A DNA stretch of 64,000 bases from Cenococcum geophilum. Taxonomy: Eukaryota. Each line of letters begins with the position of its first letter. Position 1 is the first letter of the stretch. The notes under the pieces are model-generated. The model searched no databases and had not been told where the DNA came from. It saw only the letters and a list, made by a program, of their open reading frames with translations. Shown piece after piece: positions 52,950 to 64,000 of the stretch. Both the position numbers and the translations under genes were made by a program. The stretch spans positions 10,292,001 through 10,356,000 of the forward strand of contig CP158635.1 of assembly GCA_050273025.1 (NCBI GenBank). The letters are read 5' to 3'.

Positions 52950-53556
52950 ATATTAGTTAGAAAGGATATAACCTAGACTCCACTTAGTACCCTATATAGA
53001 ACTTTATAGGTAGTCCCTATAAGCTCTAAAAGTTTTATAACTGTTACCCTAATAAACCTAGATAGCTAAAGTACCTAGATAAGTAGATAGAATGCTAGTA
53101 TAATAAAGATAATAAGCTACTAGAAGAATATAAGGACAAAAACGCCTTAGAAATTTCTTAGTTATATAAGGTATTAAGATATCTAGGAACTTTAACCGGC
53201 GGTTAAAGTTATCTAATTAGTTAGATTCTCTTACTAAGACTTTTAGCAATAAAGCCTAAGGGCAGGCTTTTTTAGAGGGGGGGTAATGTTACGGCACTGG
53301 CAGAACTGGTAGAACTAGCAGAACTTGGCAGAACTTGGTAAAACTTCGCACCGGCAAGTTGCCATAGATTGCTATAGATTGCCGCATATTGCGATCACGT
53401 GACGCGAAGATCTTATAAAACACTAAACGGCGGTGCCCTTCTTCTCCTTTCCTTTCCCTAGCTTTAGATTCTTGTTTATAGACAATCTAATTATACAGGC
53501 TTGCGCGACCCTTTTGCCGTACTTATGTCTTAATTAACTAAGTCGCTAATATATAT

Positions 53557-54000
53557 AGCCGTCTACTTTAGGATTAATTAACTATAGAAGAACATAGAAC
53601 TCCGGCTACTTAACTATCTAAAATAGTAAGTTTTATATAATAATTAATGTAATAAGGGCCTTATTAATAACTTCCTTATTTAGAACTGCTTAGAGTACTT
53701 CTAAATCTAGCTCTTTTATCTCGTTTTAAGACAACGCTTTAAGGTAAAGATCTTTTAATTAATCCTATATTACTTCTTTTGTACAACTAGTTTTAGGCTT
53801 AATTATAATGCCATGCTTTAATACTAAGTGGTTTTAAAAGTTAGAAGTCAACTATGTAGTATATAGCTCTGTATAGTGTTTACAATAGAATAAAAGATAG
53901 GCTTTTTTATTTCGTACGGGCTTATTATTACTTAGTGGACGGGTATACTCCTATATTGAAAGAGCTGAGCGACCTCTTGTATTTTTTGATTTAGAGGTAT
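53557..54000 (-). pseudogene. hAT transposase, N-terminal part (BED-type zinc finger remnant)
   Basis: 'FYCKH(C)...(H)L..KHG'-like reading at ~53810-53895, just inside the right TIR. Confidence 0.65.
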
Positions 54001-54142
54001 TAATAGAGTTAAGAGCTTCTGATTCCACTTCTGAAGCCATATTTTATACGATAATAATAAGGAAGAAGGTAACTGAAAATTTATTTGGGGTATGCCAAGA
54101 CTTATCGCGATAAGGCTTATCCAAAACCACACTGCGTCCAAG

Positions 54143-54790
54143 GGCTACGGCCCGACCCGGAGACTCTCCGGCTGTCAGCCTGAGGGCTGCCGAGACTAAA
54201 CCGCAGGCGGTTGTCTCTTATTAAGCTACGGCTTACCTTAAAAGCTTCGGCTTAGAGATCCTATGTGATCTCGCAAGCTACTGCTTGCTTCAAGAGCTAC
54301 GGCTTAAAGATTGTACGTAATTATCTTTCTGTAAGGCTTCGGTCGCTCCAAGAGCTCCAGCTTGCATTAAGAGCTACAGCTTGCCTAAGAGAATGGCGGC
54401 GGCTTAAAGATCCTACGTGATCGACCTGGAGACTCCGGTTATTAGCCAAGGGGCTGCTAAGACTTAACCGTACGGTTGTCTCTTCCTAAGCTACGGCTTA
54501 GACTTGCCGATACAACTCCGTTACAACAGTGTAATTCAGAAGGAAGGAAACACGCGTATAAGCTATTTAGCCATCACTTCCTTATACAAACTGGTTGCGC
54601 GGGCGGGGGAAGGCAATTAAGACGTTAGTCAAAGGAGCATAAAAGAGCTATAGCTTGCCCAAAAGATATGGCAGCAGCTTAAAGATCTTACGCGATTAAG
54701 CCGGCTCCAAGTAGAGACTATCTGGCTGTCGGCCATAGAGCTGTCGAGACTTAATCGCAGGCGATTGTCTCCAAGACTGATTGTATACGA
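54143..54790. repeat. Complex repeat tract, right part (contiguous with 13085-14270 before hAT insertion)
   Basis: ~79 bp nearly identical to 14173-14251; further GAGCTACGGCT and GAGAC-N-GTCTC modules at ~54440 and ~54724. Confidence 0.8.
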
Positions 54791-55149
54791 TTAAGTCTTA
54801 CCCTACCAGCAGACGCTTTTTTTCTACCTAAATTAGACCTTTTTTCCCACTGGGTTTTGGTCATAGGTTAAGGTTTTTATCGAGGCCGCTTGGCTCCCTA
54901 TTTCCTATTTCCCTGCACGAGTAAAGCTTCGACGCTGCTCATTTTTCTATACATAGAAATCAATCTATTGGGTATAACGTAGGTTATGGGGTTTTGACCG
55001 AAACCCTAGTTTTGACCGATTTGAACACCAAAATGCTACTAAATGTTAACTTGGTGGCAAAACGCTGATAAAACCTATTAAAAATTATCGCATTATTTTA
55101 GGAAGTCTTGAAGCCATAAATATATATAATACAGTCTATATTAAGTCGG

Positions 55150-55948
55150 CCTTTAGTGTTCTAGAGCTTAATTGGCTAGTTGATCGGTCCCTAAAGGTCG
55201 CTAATTGACTTAACGTCCTTATCTGAGGACTCCTCGTTATCTAGATCGCTTATATTATCGTCCTCCTGCCCTTGCTAAGTGTCCTCTAGTAAAGCAGCTC
55301 CTTCTGCTCCCTTATTAGCCGTATCTTAAAGTTGCTTAATAAGAGCCGCAGTAGCGGCAATAGCAATAATAGAGTCCTCCGCCCGCTTCTAGAGCTCTTC
55401 CGCAGCTAACTGTTTTAATAACGCATAATTAGCTACTATTTAAGCCGCTATTCGAGCTTCTTTAGTGTTCTTTTTGCGAGGTATATTTGCGGCGGTAAGA
55501 GAGTTCTTCTGCGCCTTACTTGCCACCTTTACTGCCTCCGCTGCCTCTCGGTGGTGTTCCCTAGCTAGCTTTCTTATATTAGCAGCCTTTTTCCTAGCTA
55601 CCTTTCTGGCGTTAATTTGTTTCCTAATAAGTGCTACTACTACCTAACGATCCCCCTTAAGCTGTTCCTTAACAAGCCTGGCTTACTCTTTAGCCTTATT
55701 AGCGGCGCACTTAGCAGCAGTAAGCTCCCTTACTACCTCTAGTATAAGAACCGACTCGGTAGAAATTACAGTCCGTTTTCACTTCTTTTTAGCCTTCCTT
55801 TCCTTAGTATATTGCCGAAGTTTATTATTCTTAGCCTGTATAATCTCTAAGCCGTCCTTCAGGGATTATAGGTGCTGTATTAGCTTTAAAACTACTACCT
55901 CTATTGTCTTTGGTGCGGTTTCTAGATAAAGGATTGTACGCGCGTATT
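55150..55948 (-). pseudogene. Probable C-terminal coiled-coil region of a pogo/Fot1-like transposase, interrupted by Gypsy family A copy 4
   Basis: Minus frame '...SLKDGLEIIQAKNNKLRQYTKERKAKKK*KRTVISTESVL...' then K/A/E-rich and acidic tail, with RIP-type stops. Catalytic domain not in view. Confidence 0.45.
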
Positions 55949-56850
55949 TGTTAGCGACTTAGTTAATCGAGGCACGAGCACGGCAAAAGGGACGCGTAAG
56001 CCTATACGAATGGTAGTCTATAAACGAGGATCTAAAGCTAGAGAAAGGAAAGGAAAAGAAGAGCAGCGCCGGCCAAAGTAGGGTTCTTTTATGCGGTCCT
56101 CTAGTCACGTGACTACAAAGTTCTGCCAAGTTCTGCCAACTAAGTTCTGCCAGTGCCGTAACATTCCCCCCCCCTTAGTAAAGCCTGCCCTTAGGCTTTG
56201 TGTCCATATTATACCTATAAGGCGTTCTTATCCTTACATTCTTCTAATAGCTTATTGTCTTCATTATACTAGCACTTTATCTACTCATCTAGGTACTTTA
56301 AGGGTCCTAGTTTATTAGGGTAACGGCTATAAAATTTTTAAAGCTTATAGGGACTGCTAATAAAGTTCTATATAGGGTACTAGGTAGGATATAGATTATA
56401 GCCTTTTTAACTAACGCGGTACTTTAGCGTTTTCCTTACTAATTTATAGGCTAGTATTTCTTTAATTTCCTATTTATTATCGCTATTAACTTAAATTGGT
56501 AGGGGAGATTTATTCTTTTATCTAAGTAATAGGTTATTTACGGCTTTTTATAGCTTATTTAGTAAGAAAATAGAATAAACCTTAATTAAATCTAGGAGCT
56601 TTACTTTATATAAGTTGCCTATTTTCTTAAGGACCTAATATAGTCCTACTATCTAATAGTCTAGCTTATAACTGGGCCGTTTTGTCTTCTAGTTCTTTAT
56701 TATAACCTAAACTATATTACTTACGGTAAAGTCGGGCTCGCGCCTATACTTATTCGCCTGCTATTCTATTAATTTTTAGGCCTTTTTTAGATTTATATAA
56801 GCTACCGTCTAGGCTTCCTCTAAGCGCTTAGCGTACTACTAGGCTTTGTT
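55949..56850 (-). mobile_element. 3' end (LTR 55949-56163, PPT, chromodomain, end of integrase) of Gypsy family A-related copy 4
   Basis: TGTTAGCGAC...CCGTAACA, then a C-run (PPT); reverse complement aligns to ~5110-5720. Confidence 0.9.
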
Positions 56851-58674
56851 TATAACGGAACCTTATAGTAGGAACTACGGTAGGCTTATTATTAGGCTAG
56901 GTATATAGGAAATATAAATATAAAAGTTAACAACGTAATAATAACTGGTGGAGTGGTTGCCTAATAGATTAACTCTAATTGTATTCTAAGAATTACTATA
57001 AGAAAGGAATTATCTAGGTAGGGACTAAGGGTCCTTAAATACACAACTATACTCCTATAAAATCCTTCTTATACGTAATATATATACACTCTATCTACTT
57101 TATTACGGATTATATAGATCCTATAAATTATATAGATTATATTATATAACCTTGGTTACTATTCCTTATTATATAGTTCTACTAGTTCTATTCTAGACCG
57201 TACCTAAATTAACTAACTAGCTTCTTCTAACTCCTCTCTAAGTAGTTATAATATTATACTTAAAGCGTCCGTAATACTATCTCCTTCCTCTTTATCTTCG
57301 TTCTTAAAGATCTCTAATATCTCTAAGTTGTTTATTAGAGGTGTAATATCCGTCTAATTAATTTAGTTAATATTATTACTTATTATACTTAAAGCAATTT
57401 CTTCTTCTTTAACCGCTCGTCGCGTTCGTACTATTGCTGTAATATTATCTCTTAGTAAGATTATGCCGTCTCTATATTCTCGCTGTTTAAAAGAGGGGTT
57501 AGTTTATATTATATTAGTAAACCCATCTTTGTAATAACTGTCCTCTTACTTAAAGTATACTAAAGTAAATATTTATTCGTCCTGTAATGTTCGCTTTATC
57601 TTTAATGCCAAATATACGCGACCTATTACTCTTAATAGTCGTCTAATTCCCTAATTAATTTATCTTAGGGTTTTATATTTAATCTACTGCTATAAAGTTA
57701 GATAATAAGCTATCTATTACTCTAGCGAAGTTACGCCATTTTTATAACGCAGAATAGGAGGCTGCTAATGCTTAGCAACGGGCCCTTAAGTCTTATCTTA
57801 TGGCATCCGCTTAGTTAATCTATCTTAAGAAGAAATATAAAAAGGTTTATTCTAAGAAGTAGAAACTTATAAAATAAGGTTTATAGGAACTTAATAATAA
57901 AAAAACGGACTCTTTTCTAATAGAGAAGGAAATAGATCTAAGTAGCTTAGCAACTGCTCTTCTTAGGTCCCCCTTAGGTAACTTATTTTTTAGTAATCCT
58001 TTTTTATTAATACTACCTAACCTAATCTCTTTTAATACTCCTATACCTTTCCTATAGCGTTCTTTAAATTTTCTAGTAGTTCCTAAGTAGTCTCAGTATA
58101 GCCTATCTACTTAACCTTATACTATATTTCGTTGTTAATATCCTTATAGCTAACGATCTTTAAAACTTACTATTTATTCTCTTTCTATCCTCTATATATG
58201 TCTGCCTTATAGACTAATAGCTTAATATTCCCGTATGCTAGCTTTAGTATTATAATGTGCTATATAGGGTAGATCTTTATTTTAGCTAGTAGGTTTAACT
58301 TAAATATAACCGGTAAAATCCTTTATATAATTTTAAAAGGTCCTAGTTTAACATAGTCTAATTTCTTACTTAGTTGTTAGCTTTTAAAATTTTTATATAG
58401 TAACTACACTTTATCTCCCTCCTTAAGATCTGGTCCCTTAGATCTCTTAGTATTATAGTACTTTTTTATTCTCTTTTATACTTTTTTTACTAATTCTATA
58501 AGGTCTATATAAAGATTTATTAACGTCTTTATTCTTTCTTTAGCTATACCACTTATTTTCTTTACTTATTATAGTAATAATAATATTCTTAGCTTATATC
58601 CGTAATTCGCCTTAAATAGTAATATGCCTATCCCTTCTTATGGTGTTATATTATATATAAACTATATAACTAGT
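56851..58674 (-). mobile_element. 3' part of Gypsy family B copy 3 (LTR 56851-57276, chromodomain, part of integrase)
   Basis: Near-identical to 15614-17436; homology stops abruptly at ACTAGT (58674). Confidence 0.92.
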
Positions 58675-60531
58675 TATTTTATTACGCGGGAAACTACATT
58701 AGGAAATGGAGGCTTCCTTTACGGGCAAGGCGCCCTCACTTATTGACCCCGGCCAAGCTAAGACTACCCCTTAACCTTAACCATAAAAGGCCATTTCTCT
58801 CACTACTTTTCCTCTTATCCTCTATCTTTCCTTTCTCCTAACGCTGCGCCTCCTCCTCTTCTTACTGCTAGTCCCTAGCACGGTCGTATTAAGGCATTTC
58901 TACTATCCCCTTAGCGCTAATACGTATACAAGTCCAGCCCGCTTATTACTTTATTCCCCTATATCTTAGACTAATAATTAATATAGTTAACTGCGGCCCT
59001 TCTAATAAGCGAGTCTCTATTCTACAATAATATATAAATAGTCTTAGCCTCCTCTCCTAATTCCCGCCTCTGGAGCCAATGGCTTTAATTTTTATTAAGC
59101 TCTTTTAGCGCCGCCTCTATCCGCTAAGCGCGTCTATATCCTTATAATTCTGTTCTCTTTCTTATACACACCCTCTCTCCTTTCGCCTTCTAGATAACGC
59201 TAGTCCGCAACCGTCCTATAGAAAGGGGGTTAGGGGAATTCCGTAGTTACTAGCCGCGTCAGCACTATTATCTTATTTAACTCTGCCACATATCTCCTTC
59301 CAAGGTAGGGAGGGATAGGCATGCCACATCGCCCCCCTTAAGGGCTTAAGCGAGCTTACGTTATATTTATTTTAGCTAACCTATACGCTGTTTTCTTACC
59401 TAGGATATGCTATTAGTTAAACGGCCCACTTTAGCGTTTGCCAATAGCTAAAGCCACCTATATTACAACTAGTATCCCTACTAGGCTACCTAGCGGAAAA
59501 GTAGCTGGACGTCGCTAATTTAAGTAACTACCCCATGCGGGGCTGTATTAGGTATTATTCAAACGGACATTATATAGAGCGTTGTTTAGGTGGCCATATA
59601 TGCCTACCTAGTAGTATAGTTGCGTTGCCACGGATATTTTAGAGACGCCGTTCAATCTACTGGTTTAGGGCTAAAGGGCTATTAGCTTTGCCTAACTACT
59701 TAGCAGCAGAGCGGTAAAGAATTAATAATCTAGGCTTCTAAGCCATAGGGCTATATAGGAACCACCTAGATCAAAATTGGAAGGTTATAGCTTTTAGGCG
59801 TATAATAGATTAGCGGTATAGCGGCATAACTGCGAAGGAATCTCTAACACTAGCTAGCCACGTCAGGAGGGCGAGCATCCTTATACAGTCTTTTACCTAA
59901 TACATTTATAAATATGTATACAATCACCGAGTAAGCGGCAGGCGTATCCGTCACTAGGCGGTTAGCATTAGAGAGCCCTGCTCGCCACTAATAAGGACAC
60001 TACCTTCTTTCGTTATAGATAGCTTATAACACACACGTATAAGCGGGGCTTTACCTGCTAATATAAGCGGCGTAGAAGATTAACTAGATTAGTATTGTCG
60101 GGAAGTAAATAGACACGTTAGCACTACCCTTTACTAAGGAACTAGGGTAGAGAATTTACGCTATTAACCTCCTAATAAGGGGCTAGATGCGACGGCTGTG
60201 TTAGAGCTAAACACGCTAGCTTAGATGGGCGGATACGGTTCAACCGCAATTTACTAAGGCTGTTAATTAGGCGCCGGAATTCAAGCCCTTATAAACCTTA
60301 TCCTACAAACGGTAATTAACCCTAGTCTATGCCGGAGGCGCATGTATTAAATGCTTTAATTTAATAAGAAACCTAAATAAGGGGTAAAGGGTAATAGATA
60401 AGTGCTAGTAGCAAAGGGAGAACTGACGTGCACTTAAAAAGACCGTTAATTCCCCCTTAAAGCTTTTAAAAGCTATAAAGTAATGGCAACTCTAATAATA
60501 ATAATGTTGGCACTATCTTAATCTTCATTTT

Positions 60532-62490
60532 ATATCCCTTACGAAATTTCGCTTAATAAGAATAATTTCTACACTAGTCCCCCTAGAAGATTAATAGCTT
60601 CATCTCAGTACTATAGAATTACAGCCCCTAAGAAAAGCGCGAGTAGTAAACCTAAAAGGAGAAATAGGGGAGGACCTCTTTTCCCCCTAAAAAGTCAAGA
60701 AGCATTAGAAGCTTAGGCACTTAATAGTATATTATTCCACCTAGGGCCTTAATTTAGAGATTCCGTCTAATAAAGCGCCTATAGACCCTATATATAATTA
60801 CAAGAAAGCTTATAATAAGTATTACAAAAATGACGAGGATAATAAGGATAATAAGGAAGATTTCTATAGGGATGGAAATGACAGTCAAGTCTCTAGGGGA
60901 AGTACTTAAGGTAATTATCCCACCACTCTCCCTCTTTCCCCAGCAGTTCCAAATATATAGTTTTAACGACTAGTAGCAAATCTAATAGTTATTAAAGACG
61001 ATATAGCTAATCTAGACTTAGAAGCTAAGGGCGATAAAGCTAGTAACGTTAACGATAAAGCTAGTAAAGTTAATAAAGCTAGTAAAGCCAATAACTAATT
61101 AATGCCCCATAAATTAGGTATGTGCCTCCCTTTAACTTATAATAGCCTTATCTAACAATTAGTAGATAATAGGAATAACGGTAGTAATAAGGATAATAAA
61201 GATAAGGAGCTGCCTTCGTTAGAAGCGCTATAAGAGGAGGTACGCGCACCTGTATATAATTATACCACACCCTTAATACTAGACGGTAATTAAATAGATA
61301 ATTTAGCTAAGGGGCGTCGCATTAGAACTGCTTCGCAGTTTAGGTAAGAGCTTAGGATATTAGTAGCTACTAGTTAAGAGTTTTTAGGAGCCAAGAAGTT
61401 AAAAAAGTGGAGGTCTAATTAGCTTAATTAACTAAGCAGCATTAATTATATCTCTAATACTTCCGTTAGCGAGAGCGGCGAGAGTATACGACTTAAGAAG
61501 TAATGAAGGCCACCTACTTCCTAGAGGACCACGCCTTCCGGCTCTCCCACCCTTAGCCTTAATAACGGTGACGGTATTAAGGAGCGAGCGGCCTCTACTA
61601 CGCGGCCCACTAGCCCCTCCCCCCGGCACTATATGTCTCCTTATAATACTAGACCACCAAAATATAGGGCTAATAACAGTTATAATTATATTCTGGACAA
61701 TCTTGTAAACGGCTTAACTAAAGAAAGCGATAATAAGGACGGCGATAACGTTATAGACGAAGGTAAGGCCGAGAACTATAGCGACGGAAGTGATGATAGT
61801 GACGATACGGATAATAACAACTCTAGGGACGGTAATAGTAGTAGTAGCGACAAGGATAATAAGGCCTGCGGGTGTACAGGGCGACGAGAATTACCAACCC
61901 CTATTAATGGTTAATTAAAGATAAAGCGTGCTATAAAGCATTATCTCTAGCAGTCTTAGTATTCCTATTTAGTCTTGTCTATATACGCGTCTAAACGGAA
62001 CACTGCGCTTACTAGCAATTATTATAAGCGGGTTGCACCCCCTATATATAATCGCCTACGTACCTAAAACCCGCTACTAAACTTAGCCTTTAGCTCTAAC
62101 TCTAATAAAGCAATACTAGGAGCTGCCTTAAATAATTCGGAAGAATTATTAATCTAAGCAGTTTTTAGGCGCTAGGAAAATGGGTCGTATATACTAAATA
62201 TACTTCCTTAATAACTCTACTTGCCAGTTAACCTAGTTAAGCGATCTTAAGAGCTAAAGCCCTAAGAATTAAAGCCTTAAAAGCTAAAGTTTAGAATAAA
62301 ATTTATAGAAGAGAAAGACGCACTACTTATTAATTTAAAGGAGGAATAGAATCTTTTATAGGAATAGATTAAAGACCGCTTTCTAAAAAGAAGTCTTAGA
62401 TCACTATAGGCGCATTATTATTTAAAATTAAAGGCCTAGCCTGCTATATAGAAGAAAAGGGGCCAGCCTACTAGGCGGAAGAGACGGTAA
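60532..62490 (+). pseudogene. Myb/SANT-domain protein pseudogene with acidic low-complexity regions and a basic AT-hook/NLS-like tail
   Basis: 62293-62436 de-RIPs to RMKFTEEEDALLIDLKEEQNLSWEQIEDRFPERSLGSLQAHYYSKLKA, then KKRG(R)P.RRKRR*. Intron GTATGT..CTAAC..TAG at 61118-61162; probable start ATA(<ATG) at 60532; stops are TAA/TAG. Confidence 0.72.
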
Positions 62491-62879
62491 TAATAGTAGT
62501 GCCCTTCTTTTAGCTTAAAGGTCTATTTCTTATTAACCGGAATTTAAGGCTATAAATTGTCCTAATTAGCGCTGCCAATAGGACCAGTATTTTTAGTACT
62601 AGTTAGCGGTTAACATTTCTTATTATATATTTTATTTATGGCTTAATCTATTTATAACGCATTTCCTATTACATAAGGGCCGTATAAAAAGGTCCGTAAG
62701 AGTATTACTTTTTTAAGGGCGGTAAGCAAGAGCTACTTATCACCACTTATAACGCTACGGACGATAGAGAATATAAGGCTGAAACTATATTCACGACTTA
62801 GCCAGCCAATTAAAATTACGTAATATAGTGGAAACCAAGCGGTAGTCCAAATAATATAAAGTCGGGCGTTAATAATTAA

Positions 62880-63420
62880 TTAACTCATATATACGACGTA
62901 AAGGCGCATAAACTAGTTACAGTTAATTTGCCTTATAAATAAGAACGAGCCACGAGAATCCAATCCTTGGAGATATTTTAGTCGGCAGAGGGGCCATATA
63001 TCTAGTAACTCTAATCCCCTAGACTACGGCCAATGCATAGCTAAAATGCGCATTATAGCGGACGCCTTACCCGTTCTACTGTTTAGCTAGTAGCCTAATC
63101 ATATATATAATATTCTGCGCTAGAAAGCTTTAATAGTAGAGCAAAGCAAATCCAGCCGCAGCTCAGCCCGCTTGGCAATTCTTTTATATAACCCTTCCCG
63201 TCAGGCACTAACCTCTAAGCAGCTATAAACCTATCAGCTGCAGCAACACCTCCATTTTCCCTTATAAATTTCCTTTAACCCTACTTCGCTAATTGTTCGT
63301 AGCGTAGCTTCGTAAAGCCGCTCTCCGTTTAAGTCTACAATTTACCTCTTTTTATATTTCTTACGTTCTACCTTTTACAGTTATCCAGAAATTCTATTCT
63401 CGCTATTAAGGTAAATATTA
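62880..63420 (-). pseudogene. RIP-degraded coding remnant of unknown function, convergent with the Myb pseudogene
   Basis: ~170-codon frame (IVDLNGERLYEATLRTISEVGLKEIYKENGG...GWICFALL...MHWP*SRGLELLDIWP) broken mostly by RIP-type stops; intron-like CTAAT..TAG upstream. Confidence 0.4.
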
Positions 63421-64000
63421 GCTTAGCCATTTTATCCTATATAGCATATACCTAATTACTTATATCTTTTATAATAGTTATGCTTTAATGCGTATATACT
63501 TTACGGCCTTTTATTCTAAAACAAGTTCCTAAATTAGCCGCCATTTCTCCTTAGACGACTATCCGTGATTAAGAACGCTTTATAAAAGACAGCATTTACT
63601 TAATTTTTCACGTCTATAGAACACCTCTCCTTTATAGCCACCAGTCCCGCCGACTTATATAGTCGCACTTCTAGCTATATAGATTATATCCGCTAAGGCT
63701 AGGGATAAAGTATTTAGTAGGGAATAGGAGGAGATCGGAGGTTATATATTTAAGATAACGGAGGATATAACTATAACATTTAAAGGCAGATTATGTAATA
63801 TTAAAGACGGTAAAAGGAAGCTAGTTAAAGCATTAGGTATAGAAAATGGATAAGTAATAAGAGAGGTTCTTATTAGGTATAAATGTTATATAATAAGGGC
63901 ATAAATTAAGTTAAAGAAGAGGTAGTAATAAGTGGTAATCTAAAGCAATATATGCCATTTATTTGTAGATAAAAGTCAATCTCTAGCTTCTTCTATAGTA

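Larger units (their letters stand above)
38984..53551 (+). mobile_element. Gypsy family A copy 3, full length (~6.0 kb core) with nested family B copy and MITE
   Basis: 265-bp LTRs 38984-39248 and 53287-53551; TSD TATAT (38979-38983 / 53552-53556); colinear with copy 1. Confidence 0.95.
14271..54134 (-). mobile_element. hAT DNA transposon (~2.5 kb core) expanded to 39.9 kb by nested insertions
   Basis: TIR CAGTGTGGTTTTCGAT / ATCCAAAACCACACTG; 8-bp TSD CGTCCAAG (14263-14270 / 54135-54142); transposase motifs in three separated pieces. Confidence 0.93.
58675..64000. mobile_element. RIP-degraded gene-bearing segment interrupting Gypsy B copy 3; candidate distal end of a Starship-like element
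   Basis: Sharp junction; non-retroelement sequence with intron-containing pseudogenes including Myb/SANT. The other end lies outside the window. Confidence 0.4.

Noticed and set aside
58766..58782. Telomere-like CCCCTTAACCTTAACC
   Set aside because: Only two imperfect units; not a (CCCTAA)n tract.
61633..61914. 93-aa acidic ORF as a stand-alone gene
   Set aside because: It is a stop-free stretch inside the larger RIPped Myb/SANT pseudogene frame.

Overview
Filamentous-ascomycete DNA, roughly 85-90% transposon-derived and heavily mutated by RIP (C>T/G>A, strong TpA excess). Only one gene looks intact: a 4-exon, secreted FAD-linked (BBE-like) oxidoreductase on the minus strand (8933-10811). 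The rest is a deep, well-resolved nest. A ~2.5-kb hAT transposon (8-bp TSD) is swollen to ~39.9 kb by two Gypsy/chromovirus families, a GalEa-type Copia, a Tad1-like LINE, a satellite-filled TIR element with a 2-bp TSD, solo LTRs and MITEs; most have readable target-site duplications. From ~58675 to the window end a Gypsy copy is cut by RIP-degraded, intron-bearing gene-like DNA, including a Myb/SANT pseudogene, which may be the distal end of a Starship-like giant element. Coordinates were read by eye, and family assignments rest on recognised motifs rather than database searches.
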